Assembly (NCBI GenBank): GCA_963666735.1
Contig: OY762926.1
Location: forward strand, 1,248,001-1,312,000
Length of the DNA stretch: 64,000 nucleotides
Source of the DNA: Gemmatimonadota bacterium
Lineage (GTDB): Bacteria > Gemmatimonadota > Gemmatimonadetes > Palauibacterales > Palauibacteraceae
Direction: 5' to 3'
In this document: piece after piece, positions 49,243 through 60,659 of the stretch
Layout of the letters: every line of letters starts with the position of its first letter
How positions within the stretch are numbered: the first letter of the stretch is position 1
Translations under genes and position numbers: made by a program
The notes under the pieces: generated by a model
The model's database searches: none
Told to the model about the DNA's origin: nothing
Seen by the model: the letters and a program-made list of their open reading frames with translations, nothing else

Positions 49243-50610
49243 TCATCGGCCCGGCGGGATGGGGGGCGACCAGTCCGGGAGACCATCGAGCCGTCCCGCG
49301 GTCAGGGGCCGGGATCTCCCCGTAAAAGCATCGAGGATCCAGACCGTCGAGCCCTGTGAGTCGAGCGACGAAAAGACGAGATGACGGCCATCGGGTGCCC
49401 AACTGGGATCCTCGCTCTCGCCGCGCCGCGTCAGCATGCGCCGGTCGGTGCCGTCGGGGTTCACCGTGAAGATCTGCCAGCGGCGGTCGCTCAGGGCGGA
49501 ATAGGCGATGCGGTCGCCGTTGGGCGACCAGTCCGGGCCGGCCGCGTTGGTGTCCTCCCGCGGGTGGTAGATGCTGATGCGGCGGGCCGGGCCTCCCGCG
49601 ACGCGACGAACGTAAACCTGCTGTTCATTGGCCGGATCGGCCTCGTACGCGAACGACTCCCCATCCGGCGAAAAGCTGGGGTTCAGCGACTGGATCCGTC
49701 CCTCGGTCAGCGGCGGGTCGCCCTCGACCACGATGCGCGTCGTCCCGCCGATGCCTTCCGCGTACGCCAGCCGCCCGTCCGGTGTCCAGGTCGGCGTCTG
49801 GATGAGTCTCCCGGACGCGACCGTTCGGCGGCTGCCCGTGATGAGATTCATCTCCACGAGCGAAAAGTGCCCCGTCTCATGCTGGATCGCGTACGCGATG
49901 CGGCTGGCGTCCGGCGAGAAGGCGGGCGAAAAGACGTTGCGCCCTCCGGTCTCGATCCGCTGCGGGTTCCGGCCATCGCTGTCGATGAGCACCAGGTAGG
50001 ACGACCCGTCGCCGTCCCTCCGGCGCAGGGCGATCCGGGTCGCCGCGATGCCGCGCTGGCCTCCCGTCGCCCAGAAGACGATCCGGTCGGAGACCCGGTG
50101 GACCGACATTCGGAAATCGGCCGCATCCATGGAGGGCAGGCTGAACGCCTGGACGTTCTCCAGGTTCCCGTACACGACATCGTGCAGGCTGACCCTCAGG
50201 AGCGGCGTCTGCGTCCCCGGTGCGACGGAGATGTCCGAGGTCACGAACCACACCGCCCCGGCCTGGTTCCAGAGCGCGTAGTTCGGGGGGCCGCTCAAGG
50301 TGAGCGTGTCGGGCACCGCGAGGATGTCGAACCGGTCGGAATACTCGAGGTCCGTGCGAAGAATCTCGCCCACGGCCGCGCCCAGTTCCTCGAATCCGGC
50401 GCTCGTGGAGACGGGCGCGACGACCATGCCCGGCACGTAGCCGGCCTCGTAGGTGAGGCCCAGGCGGAGCGCCCCACCCTCCTGGCCTGCCAGCGGCAGC
50501 GGCGACCCGGCCGGCACCAGCCCCGCAGCAACCAGCACGAGCGCCGCGGCGGCGCCCCGGAGTCCCCGCGCGGCGGCACGGCGTCGACGAAGGATCCTCG
50601 ATTCGTCCAT
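49243..50610 (-). CDS. tolB: TolB
   Basis: DL..SD.F, GIAATRIA; PD40 repeats (SPAFSPD, PSFSPDG, PDWSPNG, PSWAPDG). Confidence 0.9.
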   Translation of the reverse strand: MDESRILRRRRAAARGLRGAAAALVLVAAGLVPAGSPLPLAGQEGGALRLGLTYEAGYVPGMVVAPVSTSAGFEELGAAVGEILRTDLEYSDRFDILAVPDTLTLSGPPNYALWNQAGAVWFVTSDISVAPGTQTPLLRVSLHDVVYGNLENVQAFSLPSMDAADFRMSVHRVSDRIVFWATGGQRGIAATRIALRRRDGDGSSYLVLIDSDGRNPQRIETGGRNVFSPAFSPDASRIAYAIQHETGHFSLVEMNLITGSRRTVASGRLIQTPTWTPDGRLAYAEGIGGTTRIVVEGDPPLTEGRIQSLNPSFSPDGESFAYEADPANEQQVYVRRVAGGPARRISIYHPREDTNAAGPDWSPNGDRIAYSALSDRRWQIFTVNPDGTDRRMLTRRGESEDPSWAPDGRHLVFSSLDSQGSTVWILDAFTGRSRPLTAGRLDGLPDWSPPIPPGR

Positions 50611-51330
50611 TCAGCGAGTGCTCGGATCGAAGAAGAACGAGACGGCGAGCGCGTCGGCCGGGAAGCCGTCGGGAAGCGGACCGAAGGCCCGGTCGCGGCC
50701 CGCCGATTCCACGGCTCCCATCGCCTGCGTATCGAAGACCGGGCTCCCGGATTTCGCCACCCACTCGAAACCCGTCACCCGCCCGTCCCGGTGGATGATG
50801 AAGTAGACCTCGGCCCGAAGCTCGCGCGCCCCGGCGGGGGGCCGCCAGCGGCGCTGGATCTGGCGGATGATGTTTTCGCCGTATTCGGGCCAGGCGGAGG
50901 CCTCGCCGGCGATCCGGATGTTGAGCACTTCCTCGCCGACTTCCTCGGCGCGCGCGGGTTCCGGCTCCGCCTCGCGTTCGATCTGAACTTCGGCCTCCAC
51001 CGTGGGCGTCTCCACCTGCGGCGCCGGATCGGGCGTCGGTTCGGGGGGAGGCGGCCGGTTCTCCTCTTCCGCGACCTCGGGCGGCGAGGGATCGACGCGG
51101 ATCGGCGCATCCTCCGGAGCCAACGCGACCATGTTCACCCGCACGGTCCTGGGCATTTCGGGCGGGCGTATCACCACGTCGCCGAACAGGGCGAGAGCGA
51201 GGATGCCTCCGTGGACGCAGAGCGAACCGTACACCGCGCGCCTGGGCGGGCGCCCGTGACGCTGCGGCCCTCCGCGCCGCCATGCGCGCCCGCGCCCGCG
51301 CCCGGCTTCCGCTCCTCCGCGCAGGCTCAT
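50611..51330 (-). CDS. tolA: TolA/TonB C-terminal domain protein
   Basis: SxxxH TM motif, Pro/Glu-rich linker, F.I.RDG.V.......SG...FD..A..AV. Confidence 0.8.
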   Translation of the reverse strand: MSLRGGAEAGRGRGRAWRRGGPQRHGRPPRRAVYGSLCVHGGILALALFGDVVIRPPEMPRTVRVNMVALAPEDAPIRVDPSPPEVAEEENRPPPPEPTPDPAPQVETPTVEAEVQIEREAEPEPARAEEVGEEVLNIRIAGEASAWPEYGENIIRQIQRRWRPPAGARELRAEVYFIIHRDGRVTGFEWVAKSGSPVFDTQAMGAVESAGRDRAFGPLPDGFPADALAVSFFFDPSTR

Positions 51331-51752
51331 GGACTGCGCCGGCTCGGGTCCGGGTCGGTGACGATGTTCAGCACGGCGCCGGCATCTTGAATCCGACCCA
51401 TCACCCGGGTCGCCTGCCTGAGGGCGAGATCGCCATCCGCCCTCAGAAACACCTGGTCGGACTCGAAGCGGTCGAGCGCCAGGGGGAGCGCGGCATCGAA
51501 CTCCTCCCACGTCACCGGCGCGTCATCCACGTAGATCTGCCCGTCCGCGTCGATCGAGACCACGAGCGCATCGGCGGCGCTGAGCGGCGCCGAGACGCCC
51601 TCCGGCAGGTCGACTTCGATGCCGCCCTGGAGAATGGGCGCCGTGATCATGAAGATGATGAGGAGGGTGAACGCGACGTCGACGAGGCTGGTGACGTTGA
51701 TCTCCGCGACGACGCCGATCCCGTCGGCCTGCTGTGTGAAGCGCCTCTTCAT
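51327..51752 (-). CDS. tolR: TolR/ExbD
   Basis: EINVTSLVDVAFTLLIIFMITAP, LRADG. Confidence 0.92.
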   Translation of the reverse strand: MKRRFTQQADGIGVVAEINVTSLVDVAFTLLIIFMITAPILQGGIEVDLPEGVSAPLSAADALVVSIDADGQIYVDDAPVTWEEFDAALPLALDRFESDQVFLRADGDLALRQATRVMGRIQDAGAVLNIVTDPDPSRRSP

Positions 51753-51789
51753 CCCGCGTTCCTCATCCTCCGGCCTTCGGGGCGCCGGC

Positions 51790-52539
51790 TCACAGGCGAC
51801 CCTCGCGCGCCAGCGTCCCCACGAACTCGCTCGCGAACCCTTCCAGTTCTCCCACGAAGAGACGCAGGCGGGAAGCATAGTGGTTGTACGCGATGACCGC
51901 GGGGATCGCGACGGCCAGCCCCGCGACCGTGGTCGTGAGCGCCTCCGCGATGCCCGGCGCGACCGCCGCGATGTTGGCGGAACCCTGCGATGTGATCCCG
52001 ATGAACGAGTTCATCACGCCGACGACGGTCCCCATGAGGCCGAGGAGGGGACTCACGGAGCCGATGATCGCGAGCCAGGGCAGCCCGTGCGCGAGTTCAT
52101 CCTTCTCCTCCGAGAGGCTCTTCTCGAGCACCAGCCACAGCGCTTCGAGCTGCGTGGGGCTCAACCCGTCGCCCACGTGCGTGGTATCGAGCGCGCCCGG
52201 ACGCAGTTCGGAGAAGAAGGCGATCCCCTCGCGGAACACCCGTCTGAAGGCGGAATCGTCCAGTTCCGCCAGCGCGTCGTTGAGGTCCACGAGGCCGTTG
52301 GCCCCCGCCATCGCGAACACGAAGTCGTCCGCCCGCGCGTTCACGGCGCGCAACTCGCGGAACTTCCAGATGATGAGAACCCAGGACACGAGCGAGAAGG
52401 CGGCGAGCACGGTGAGGATGATCTTCGTGGGCAGGGTCGCGCCCAGGATCATGTCGAGGGGGGAATCGATCACGCGTGCAGAAAGATCCTGCACGATCTC
52501 CAGCCCCCCTCCGGCCCCGGTCCCGATCCCCGCCATCAC
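51790..52539 (-). CDS. tolQ: TolQ/ExbB proton channel
   Basis: SPLLGLMGTVVG, VAPGIAEAL.TT.AGLAVAIPAV.AYN. Confidence 0.92.
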   Translation of the reverse strand: MMAGIGTGAGGGLEIVQDLSARVIDSPLDMILGATLPTKIILTVLAAFSLVSWVLIIWKFRELRAVNARADDFVFAMAGANGLVDLNDALAELDDSAFRRVFREGIAFFSELRPGALDTTHVGDGLSPTQLEALWLVLEKSLSEEKDELAHGLPWLAIIGSVSPLLGLMGTVVGVMNSFIGITSQGSANIAAVAPGIAEALTTTVAGLAVAIPAVIAYNHYASRLRLFVGELEGFASEFVGTLAREGRL

Positions 52540-53870
52540 GTGCGCCCCCCCTGCACCCTGTCCGGGCTCATCCGCTCCCTCCTCACGTCCCTCGCCTCCC
52601 CGCCAAGCCACGGTTCCATCCGACGAAGACACTCCTCGCCGCCGGATCGTTCCGCGAGCCACCGGATCGCGCGTGTCGGCCCGTGCAGAACCTTGTTGAG
52701 CGCCGCCTGGCTCGCCAGCCGGAGGGCTTCGCCGGCGTCGCCGGAGGCCGGGGCGCGGGCGGCGAGGGCGTCGGCTACCAGTTCGCGAGCGGTGTTCCTC
52801 AGCGCCCGCACGGCCGGGTCGGCGCGCCGACTCCGGTGCCAGGCCCGGTATTTTGCGACGTGGCGCTCGATGATCGCCTCCGCGCGCTCGCGCTCGTACT
52901 CGCGCGCCGCCCGGGCCCGGTCCACGACCTGCCGCAGGTCGTCGATGTTGTACAGGAACACACCGGAGGTCTCCGCGACGCGCGGATCGACGTTGCGGGG
53001 CACGGCGATGTCGAGGATCACGAGCGGCGCGCGCCCCGTGCGCGGGCTCCGGGCGTGTCCGGCCCGGAGAAAGGCCGCCTCCGACTCCGTGCAGGCGACG
53101 ACGAGATCCACGCGGTCCAGGGACTCGAGCGCCGCACTCCGCCGCATCGGAAGCGCGTCGAGAGGCCGGCTCACTCGCTCGGCCCGGGCCGGGTCGCGGC
53201 TCGCGAGGAACACGCGCCTCGCCCCCTCCCGCTTCAGGCACTGCACCGTGAGTCTCCCCATTTCGCCGGTCCCGAGCACGAGCACGCGACGGTCGCCGAG
53301 TGAGCCGAACACCTTCCGGGCGAGGCCGACCGCCGCGCCGGGGATCGAAGTCACGCCGTTCGCGATCGACGTGTCGGCCCGTACGCGCCCGCCGACCTCG
53401 AGGGCCGACTGGAACAGGCGATGCAGCACGGGCCCCACCATGCGACGTCCATCCCGATAGGCTTCCCGCACCTGGCCCTGAATCTGCGGTTCGCCGACGA
53501 TGAGCGATTCCAGTCCGCCCGTCACGCGGAACAGGTGGCGGACGGCGCTCGCCCCTGCCAGCGTGGCCAGGTACGAATCTCCCGCGGCCCCCAGACCCGA
53601 AACCCCGCACAACGCCTCGCGTCCGAGGCGGTCGAGTCCTCCCGCGTCACTTCCCGCCAGGTAGCATTCCGTCCGGTTGCAGGTGGAAAGCACGACGCAC
53701 TCGGAGACGCCCGGTCTGGCCGTCAGGTTCTCGACCCACTCGGCCCGCCGCCGTTCGCCGAGCGCGAAACGCTCGCGGATGTCGATGGGGGCCGTCCGGT
53801 GGCTGAGTCCCACCGCGACGAGCGCGTCACCGGGAGAATACGACACCGAATCCGGCATCGAGGGATCCAT
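52536..53870 (-). CDS. hemA: Glutamyl-tRNA reductase
   Basis: GLSHRTAP, STCNRTE, GLESL.VGEPQI.GQV, G.GEMG, DIAVPRNVDP. Confidence 0.94.
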   Translation of the reverse strand: MDPSMPDSVSYSPGDALVAVGLSHRTAPIDIRERFALGERRRAEWVENLTARPGVSECVVLSTCNRTECYLAGSDAGGLDRLGREALCGVSGLGAAGDSYLATLAGASAVRHLFRVTGGLESLIVGEPQIQGQVREAYRDGRRMVGPVLHRLFQSALEVGGRVRADTSIANGVTSIPGAAVGLARKVFGSLGDRRVLVLGTGEMGRLTVQCLKREGARRVFLASRDPARAERVSRPLDALPMRRSAALESLDRVDLVVACTESEAAFLRAGHARSPRTGRAPLVILDIAVPRNVDPRVAETSGVFLYNIDDLRQVVDRARAAREYERERAEAIIERHVAKYRAWHRSRRADPAVRALRNTARELVADALAARAPASGDAGEALRLASQAALNKVLHGPTRAIRWLAERSGGEECLRRMEPWLGGEARDVRRERMSPDRVQGGRT

Positions 53871-53907
53871 CCCGTCGCGAGATCCGGCGGTCGCGGCGCC
53901 GGGCGCC

Positions 53908-54348
53908 TCAGAAGGGGAGATCGTCCTCACCCGCGACGGACCGGTTGGAGAACTCCGAGAAATCCGAACGCTCCTGCCGCGGTTCCGCCGCCGAATAGCT
54001 CTCTCCGCCGCCACCGCTGCTCCCGAGCATGATCATCTCGAGCGCGCGGATCTCGGTCGTATACCGCTTCTGACCGTCCTGGCCCTCCCACTGCCGGTAC
54101 TCGATCCGGCCCTCCACGTAGACGCGGTCGCCCTTGCGCAGGTACTGCTCGCAGATCTCGGCAAGGCGGTCCCAGCAGACCACCCGATGCCACTCCGTCT
54201 TTTCCTGCTGGTCACCGGCGCGCGTCGTCCACCGGCGGCTGGTCGCGACGGAAAGCGTCGCCACCCGCGTACCCGTGTTCGTCGACCGCACTTCCGGGTC
54301 CGCGCCCAGGTTTCCGATGAGTGTTGCCTTGTTCAGACTGCGCGCCAT
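53908..54348 (-). CDS. ssb: Single-stranded DNA-binding protein
   Basis: SLNK..LIGNLG.DPE, TEWHRV, C-terminal DDLPF. Confidence 0.97.
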   Translation of the reverse strand: MARSLNKATLIGNLGADPEVRSTNTGTRVATLSVATSRRWTTRAGDQQEKTEWHRVVCWDRLAEICEQYLRKGDRVYVEGRIEYRQWEGQDGQKRYTTEIRALEMIMLGSSGGGGESYSAAEPRQERSDFSEFSNRSVAGEDDLPF

Positions 54349-54435
54349 TCCCGCCTCCCCGCTGATCGACTCGAAGGTCCATGGTAGTGTCAACATGGTG
54401 GTGCTGACGAAGGGGATCAAAGTAACCGAAAACGA

Positions 54436-54915
54436 TCAACGGACCAGCAATCGCCGCATGATGAGAGCGTCCTCCTTCGGACCCGCATAGTATCCGCGAC
54501 GCCGGCCGACGATCTCGAATCCCCGGCTTCGGTAGAGGCCCTGTGCACTTTGGTTCCCCTCTCGCACCTCGAGGAAGATCTGGACGACGCCCCGGCTCCG
54601 CGCTTCATGGAGGACCGCTTCCACCAACTCGCCCCCGATGCCGCGCCGGCGATCGTTCGGGGCCACGGCCAGGTCCCCCAATTCCGCCTCCCGCCCGGCG
54701 AACCACACGGCGGCGTATCCGGCGACGCGCTCCTCCTCGTACACGGCTTCGTACACGGCGGAGAGGAGAAACGCGTCGGGGCGCCGCAGCAGGTTCCTGA
54801 ACGTTCGTTCGGACCAGGGGGCGGCGAAACAGGCCTCCTCGATCGCCGTGACCTGCCCGAGATCCGACTCGAGGAGCGGCCGGATTCGAAGAGTCGGTCT
54901 ACCGGGGTCCGCCAC
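54436..54915 (-). CDS. rimI: Ribosomal-protein N-acetyltransferase
   Basis: IE..CF..PWS, LAV....RRRGIG, LEVR.GN..A..LY, R.GYY..P.EDA..M. Confidence 0.9.
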   Translation of the reverse strand: MADPGRPTLRIRPLLESDLGQVTAIEEACFAAPWSERTFRNLLRRPDAFLLSAVYEAVYEEERVAGYAAVWFAGREAELGDLAVAPNDRRRGIGGELVEAVLHEARSRGVVQIFLEVREGNQSAQGLYRSRGFEIVGRRRGYYAGPKEDALIMRRLLVR

Positions 54916-55582
54916 GGCGTCCGACCTGGCGCTCGGCTCCGGAACTCCGGACGTAGCGAGGTTCCCACGCGTCGACGTCCATGACAAGGCCGGCCGGAAG
55001 CCTCTCGGCCAGCCACAGGAGCGCCCCCGCGCGCGGTACGCCGAGAAAGGCGGGGAGCACCCTTGCGCCGCGAGCCTCGATCCTGGCGCGGTGCCGGATC
55101 GCGCCTTCCCCGGCGAAGGACCATGATCCGCGATCCTCCAGCCCCTCGATCCAGCGATCGATGCCGCACGCCTCCGGCCCGCGGACCGGGGCCTCCAGCG
55201 GCCCGTCGGCGTAGGCGGCGCCGTACACTTCACCCCGCCGGGCGTCGAACAGCGCACAAACGCGTTCACGCCCCGCGGAGGCGGCAACGGAACGAAGGCT
55301 CGAATACGCGAAGAGCGGCACACTCCTCGCGTGACACCAGCCCTTCGCCAGCGAAGCCGCGATCCGCACGCCGGTGAAGGAGCCCGGCCCCGCCCCGATG
55401 ATCACGCGTTCAATGCCGTCGACGCCGATCCGGGCGCGCGCGAGCATGCGCTCCACCTCGTCGAGCACGGTCTCCGAGTGCATCGCACGCACGGCCAGCG
55501 CACATTCCGAGATCAAGGTGTCGCCGTCGCCCACCGCGATGCTGCCGAGTCGCGTACTCGTCTCCAGCGCCAGACTCAGCAC
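54899..55582 (-). CDS. tsaB: tRNA t6A biosynthesis protein TsaB
   Basis: LALETST, HSE, GPGSFTGVRI, DARRGEVY, PRYVR. Confidence 0.93.
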   Translation of the reverse strand: MLSLALETSTRLGSIAVGDGDTLISECALAVRAMHSETVLDEVERMLARARIGVDGIERVIIGAGPGSFTGVRIAASLAKGWCHARSVPLFAYSSLRSVAASAGRERVCALFDARRGEVYGAAYADGPLEAPVRGPEACGIDRWIEGLEDRGSWSFAGEGAIRHRARIEARGARVLPAFLGVPRAGALLWLAERLPAGLVMDVDAWEPRYVRSSGAERQVGRRGGPR

Positions 55583-56076
55583 GCGGACGCCTCCGCTCCA
55601 TCGGCGTACGGGCCCGGGTCGGGAACCGGCGGGACGCGACCGTGCCCGCGCGCCGTCACCCGCCGCAGCGCCTCCGCGGCGCCGCCGGCCCCGTCGGCAA
55701 ACTCGAGCCGAACTTCCCAGCGGTCCATCGGAAGCTCGTCCCCGGCTCGCTCCGCCCACTCGACAAAGACCGCCCCGGGATGGGCTTCGAGCTCCTCCCA
55801 CCCGAGGGCGAGGAGTTCGGACGGATCGCGGAGACGGTGCAGGTCCGCGTGCCCGACCGGACCTCGACCGCCGGCATACCAGTGGACGAGCGTGTAGGTC
55901 GGGCTCGTCACGGCTTCGCCCACGCCCGCTCCGGCGCACGCCGCCTGTGTGAATCGCGTCTTCCCGGCGCCGAGCGGTCCGGTGAGCGCGACGAAGATCG
56001 CCTCGCGACTCGCGACCGCGCCCACCTCCCGCCCCCAGCGCACGAGTCCCGCCTCGTCCAGCACGGTGCTCCTCAT
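55576..56076 (-). CDS. tsaE: tRNA t6A biosynthesis ATPase TsaE
   Basis: [23 protein letters not shown]. Confidence 0.93.
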   Translation of the reverse strand: MRSTVLDEAGLVRWGREVGAVASREAIFVALTGPLGAGKTRFTQAACAGAGVGEAVTSPTYTLVHWYAGGRGPVGHADLHRLRDPSELLALGWEELEAHPGAVFVEWAERAGDELPMDRWEVRLEFADGAGGAAEALRRVTARGHGRVPPVPDPGPYADGAEASAC

Positions 56077-58109
56077 GCCGGGTCCCCCGCGGAGACCGGC
56101 AACCCCGGCGGTCGCGCCCCCTTCCCGTCGCCGATCCGGGCGCGGATCTCGAACAACTCGTCTCGCAGTCGGGCCGCCGTCTCGAAGTCGAGCGCAGCCG
56201 CCGCGGCGCGCATGTCCCTCTCTATCGCCCCGGCCAGCGCCTCAGGCGACAGTTCCTCGTAGGAGCCTTCCCGTTCGTGCACGGCGGGCTGCGCCTCCCG
56301 GGCGTCGGCCACCGCGGTCGAGAATCGGATCTCCCTCACCGACTTCACGATCGAGCGCGGCTCGATGCCGTGCTCCCGGTTGTATTCCGCCTGCACTTCG
56401 CGGCGGCGCGCCGTCTCATCCATCGCGCGCCGCATCGAATCCGTCACCTTGTCCGCGTACAGAATCGCTTTCCCCGCGAGGTGCCGGGCCGCCCGCCCGA
56501 TCGTCTGCACGAGCGACCGATCCGAACGAAGGAAGCCCTCCTTGTCCGCATCGAGGATCGCGACCAGGGAGACCTCCGGCAGGTCGAGGCCCTCTCGCAG
56601 CAGGTTGATCCCGACCAGGACATCGAACGTCCCCAGCCGCAAATCGCGGAGGATCTTCACACGGTCGATCGCCGCAATGTCCGAGTGCATGTAGCGCACC
56701 CGCACGCCCCGCGCCGCGAGAAACTCCGAGAGATCTTCCGCCATCCGCTTCGTGAGCGTCGTCACGAGCACGCGCTCGCGCCGTTCCGTCCGCCGGCGAA
56801 TCTCGCCAAGCAGGTCGTCCACCTGTCCGCGGACCGGCCGCACCTCCACCTCCGGATCCAGCAATCCCGTCGGCCGAATCAACTGCTCAACCACGACGCC
56901 GCCGCTCTTCCGCAACTCGTACTCGCCCGGCGTCGCGCTGACGAAGATCGCGCTCGGCACGAGATCTTCCCATTCCCGGAACGACAGCGGCCGGTTGTCC
57001 AGCGCGGACGGAAGCCGAAAACCGAACTCCACCAGCGTCGTCTTTCGACTCCGGTCCCCCTCGTACATGCCGCCGATCTGCGGGATCGACACGTGGGATT
57101 CGTCCACGACCACGACATGATCCTCCGGAAAATAATCGAGAAGGCAGTAGGGACGGCTGCCGGGCGCCCGGCCGTCCAGGTGTCGGCTGTAGTTCTCGAT
57201 CCCGGGACAGAATCCCACTTCCGTCAGCATCTCGAGATCGAATCGCGTGCGCTGATCCAGGCGTTGCGCCTCGAGGAGCCGGCCCTCCCGCCGTAGGTGC
57301 AGCAGTCGCTCCTCCAACTCCACGTAGATCGCGTGCCGGGCCTCCTCCAGCCGATGGCCAAGCGTCGCGTAGTGTGTGGCCGGAAAGATCGAGGTCTCGG
57401 GCAGGCGCGTGATCGTGACGCCGGTCATCGGGTCGATCTTCGAGATGCGTTCGATCGCGTCGCCCCACATCTCGACCCTGACGCCCTGCTCCTCGTACGC
57501 GGGCAGGATTTCGATCACATCTCCCCGCACGCGGAAGGTGCCGCGCACGAAATCCAGATCGTTCCGCGAATACTGGATCTGCACGAGCCCGGAGAGGATC
57601 TCCCGGCGGGAGATCTCCTGACCCTCGCTCAGCGTAAGCATGAGTTCGCGGTAGCCGGCCGGATCCCCGAGGCCGTAGATCGCGGACACGGAGGCAACGA
57701 CAATCACATCCCGCCGTTCCATGAGGGCGGACGTGGCCCGGAGCCGCAATCGGTCTATGTCTTCATTGATAGACGCATCTTTTTCTATGAAAGTATCCGT
57801 CGCGGGAACATAGGCCTCGGGCTGATAGTAGTCGTAATAAGAGATGAAATATTCGACGGCGTTGCGAGGAAAGAATTGCCGCAGTTCCCCATACAACTGA
57901 GCGGCGAGCGTCTTGTTATGGCTCATGACCAGCGTCGGACGATTGACTTCCGCAATCATCGCCGCCAGCGTCACGGTCTTGCCGCTGCCGGTCACGCCGA
58001 GGAGTGTCTGCCACTTGTCGCCGCGGCGCACGCCTTCGGCCAACTCACGGATCGCGGTGGGCTGGTCGCCCATCGGCTCGAATGGAAGCTGCAGGTCGAA
58101 GGGGGGCAT
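56073..58109 (-). CDS. uvrB: Excinuclease ABC subunit B
   Basis: [44 protein letters not shown]-terminal UVR domain. Confidence 0.98.
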   Translation of the reverse strand: MPPFDLQLPFEPMGDQPTAIRELAEGVRRGDKWQTLLGVTGSGKTVTLAAMIAEVNRPTLVMSHNKTLAAQLYGELRQFFPRNAVEYFISYYDYYQPEAYVPATDTFIEKDASINEDIDRLRLRATSALMERRDVIVVASVSAIYGLGDPAGYRELMLTLSEGQEISRREILSGLVQIQYSRNDLDFVRGTFRVRGDVIEILPAYEEQGVRVEMWGDAIERISKIDPMTGVTITRLPETSIFPATHYATLGHRLEEARHAIYVELEERLLHLRREGRLLEAQRLDQRTRFDLEMLTEVGFCPGIENYSRHLDGRAPGSRPYCLLDYFPEDHVVVVDESHVSIPQIGGMYEGDRSRKTTLVEFGFRLPSALDNRPLSFREWEDLVPSAIFVSATPGEYELRKSGGVVVEQLIRPTGLLDPEVEVRPVRGQVDDLLGEIRRRTERRERVLVTTLTKRMAEDLSEFLAARGVRVRYMHSDIAAIDRVKILRDLRLGTFDVLVGINLLREGLDLPEVSLVAILDADKEGFLRSDRSLVQTIGRAARHLAGKAILYADKVTDSMRRAMDETARRREVQAEYNREHGIEPRSIVKSVREIRFSTAVADAREAQPAVHEREGSYEELSPEALAGAIERDMRAAAAALDFETAARLRDELFEIRARIGDGKGARPPGLPVSAGDPA

Positions 58110-58125
58110 GGTCTCGGTCAGCCGG

Positions 58126-60348
58126 TCACTCGATGGTGAGCCCGCTCTCCCCGAATGACTCCTTCCGTTCGACGGAGATCACACCCTTCACGCCCTGCAC
58201 CTTGCGCATGACCTTCTGCAGGTGGTTCAGGTTCTCGACTTCGACGACAAACTGCCCGCGCATCCCTCCCTCGACCCCCTTGATGTCGGCCGACTGAATG
58301 TTCGTGCCCGTGTCGCTGACCGCGCGCGCGATGTCCGCGAACAGACCGTGGCGATCCGTCCCCTCCATGACGATGCGGATCAGGAACCGGCGCTCTCCGT
58401 GCGCCTGCCACTCGATTTCCACCCGGCGTTCCGGGGCGTTGGAGAGGTTCAGGACGTTCGGACAATCCTGCCGGTGAATGGAAACGCCGCGGCCGCGCGT
58501 GATATAGCCGATGACCCTGTCCCCGGGGACCGGTTGGCAGCACTGGGAATACCGCACCATGAGGTTTTCCATCCCCTGGATCCGGATCCCCTGACCGCTT
58601 CCGCCCCAGACTTTGTCCACCAGCTTGTGAAGCGGACTCGGACTCTTCCGCGGCACGTCCGGGATGACCTCCGGGAGGATCGCCCGCATTACGCGCGTGA
58701 GCCCCACGTCCCCGCGGCCGGCGGCCGCGAAGAGGGCGTCGGTTCCGTCGTAGCCCAGCGTGTCGCAAGCGGCCTTGAGGGCCGCCTCATCCACCTTTCC
58801 GCGGCGGCGGCGCCTCCACTCCCGTTGAACGATGTCCTTCCCCAGCTGGAGAGCGGATTCCTGCTCCTCATCGCGGATCCATTGCCGGATCTCGTGGCGG
58901 GCCTTGCTGCTCCGCACGAAACCCAGCCAGTCCCGGCTCGGCGTCTGCGAATCGGAGGTCAGGACATGTACGGTGTCCCCGTTCCGGAGCGGGCGGCTGA
59001 GCGGGGCGATCCGTTCGTTCACCTTCGCGCCCCTGCAGCGCAACCCGACCTCGGTGTGAACGGCGAAGGCGAAGTCGATGGGCGTGGCCCCCTTCGGCAA
59101 CTGCTTGACGTCTCCCGCCGGCGTAAAGACGAAAATCTCGTCCTGGAACAGGTCGATGCGGAGGAACTCCATGAATTCCTCGGGCTCGCGCGTCTCCTGC
59201 TGCCACTCGAGCACCTGGCGGAACCACGCGAGTTCGTCGTCGACCTCGTCCCCGGACCGGCCCTCCTTGTAGCGCCAGTGGGCCGCGATCCCGTACTCGG
59301 CCGTGCGGTGCATTTCGCGGGTTCGAATCTGGATCTCGTACAGCGCTCCGCCGGGACCGAAGATCGTCGTGTGCAGACTCTGGTACATGTTCGACTTCGG
59401 CGTGGCGATGAAGTCGTGAAAGCGTTCCGTAAGCGGCGTCCACTTGTTGTGCACGATCCCGAGCGCGTGGTAGCAGTCGCGCACCGAGTCCACGATGAGC
59501 CGCATCGCCAGCGTGTCGTAGACCTCGTCGTACGGCTTGTCGCGCTTGACCATCTTTCCGTAGATGGACCAGAGGTGCTTGGGGCGCCCCGTCACTTCGC
59601 ACTCGACCCCGGCGGCATCCAGTTCGGCCCGCAGCGGTTCCTCCATGCGCCGGATCAATCCCTCGCGTTCGCCCCGCGTGGCGTTGACCTCCTTCACGAG
59701 CTTCCGGTACTCCCCGGGCTCCAGGAACTTGAAGGCGAGATCCTCGAGTTCCCACTTGAGACGGGCCACCCCGAGGCGGTGGGCCAGGGGTGCGTAGATC
59801 TCCCGGGTCTCGAGCGCGATCCGCTCGCGGGCGCCGGCCGGCATGTGCTCCAGTGTCCGCATGTTGTGAAGGCGGTCCGCGAGCTTGACCATGATCACGC
59901 GCGCGTCGCGCGCCATGGAGAGAAGGAGCTTGCGGTAGGTCTCGACCTGCCGTTCCGCCATGGAACCGAACGCGAACAGCGCGATCTTCGTGAGGCCGTC
60001 CACGATGAGGGCGATTTCCTCGCCGAACTCGGTCCGGATCTCGTCCACGGTGGTATCCGTGTCCTCCACCACGTCGTGGAGGAGCGAAGCCGCGATGCTC
60101 ACCGTGTCGAGCCGGATCTCGATGAGGATCTTGGCCACTTCCACGCAGTGGCGAATGTAATCCTCGCCGGAGCGACGCTTCTGGCCCTCGTGTTTCTCCA
60201 GGCTGTACTGGAACGCAAGCGCGAGCAGATCGAGGTCGAGGCGGTCCTCGTAGCCCTCGATCGCCTTCATGAAGTCCCCGGGCAGCAGCGAGCGCGGGCC
60301 CGCTCCCGGCGCGGCCCGGCCGACTTCCCGCTTGAGGCTGCTCTCCAC
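58126..60348 (-). CDS. rel: Bifunctional (p)ppGpp synthetase/hydrolase (long RSH)
   Basis: HD hydrolase [20 protein letters not shown]; synthetase GRPKH, YQSLHTT, EIQIRT; TGS, CC and ACT domains; start 60348 or 60270. Confidence 0.95.
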   Translation of the reverse strand: MESSLKREVGRAAPGAGPRSLLPGDFMKAIEGYEDRLDLDLLALAFQYSLEKHEGQKRRSGEDYIRHCVEVAKILIEIRLDTVSIAASLLHDVVEDTDTTVDEIRTEFGEEIALIVDGLTKIALFAFGSMAERQVETYRKLLLSMARDARVIMVKLADRLHNMRTLEHMPAGARERIALETREIYAPLAHRLGVARLKWELEDLAFKFLEPGEYRKLVKEVNATRGEREGLIRRMEEPLRAELDAAGVECEVTGRPKHLWSIYGKMVKRDKPYDEVYDTLAMRLIVDSVRDCYHALGIVHNKWTPLTERFHDFIATPKSNMYQSLHTTIFGPGGALYEIQIRTREMHRTAEYGIAAHWRYKEGRSGDEVDDELAWFRQVLEWQQETREPEEFMEFLRIDLFQDEIFVFTPAGDVKQLPKGATPIDFAFAVHTEVGLRCRGAKVNERIAPLSRPLRNGDTVHVLTSDSQTPSRDWLGFVRSSKARHEIRQWIRDEEQESALQLGKDIVQREWRRRRRGKVDEAALKAACDTLGYDGTDALFAAAGRGDVGLTRVMRAILPEVIPDVPRKSPSPLHKLVDKVWGGSGQGIRIQGMENLMVRYSQCCQPVPGDRVIGYITRGRGVSIHRQDCPNVLNLSNAPERRVEIEWQAHGERRFLIRIVMEGTDRHGLFADIARAVSDTGTNIQSADIKGVEGGMRGQFVVEVENLNHLQKVMRKVQGVKGVISVERKESFGESGLTIE

Positions 60349-60475
60349 GCTTCGCGCTCCATCCCCGAGACTTCCACGCCCGAACGGCCACGGCCCAACG
60401 GCCCGGGCAACCCATAAAGGTAGCGGTAGCGCGCGATTTCGGCGCGGGCCGGGCCGGGAGCGAGTGTTGTGTCCT

Positions 60476-60648
60476 GGCAGTCCGTGGCGAAACCCCGCGT
60501 CAGCGCCGAGAGCGGTGAAGCGCTCGCCTGACAAGGAGCGACGAGGGAGAATAGCAGCGCTATTTGACCGAGGAGCGACGCAGAGCGCAGCGTTTCAGGC
60601 GAGATGCAGCGTCGCTCGAACGCAGCGGGGTCTTTGCCACGGGCTGCT
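60476..60648. mobile_element. MITE-like non-coding element of about 173 bp with imperfect terminal inverted repeats
   Basis: Left GGCAGTCCGTGGCGAAACCCCGC vs reverse complement of right AGCAGCCCGTGGCAAAGACCCCGC; intergenic between radC and rel. Confidence 0.6.
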
Positions 60649-60659
60649 GGACGCGACGT

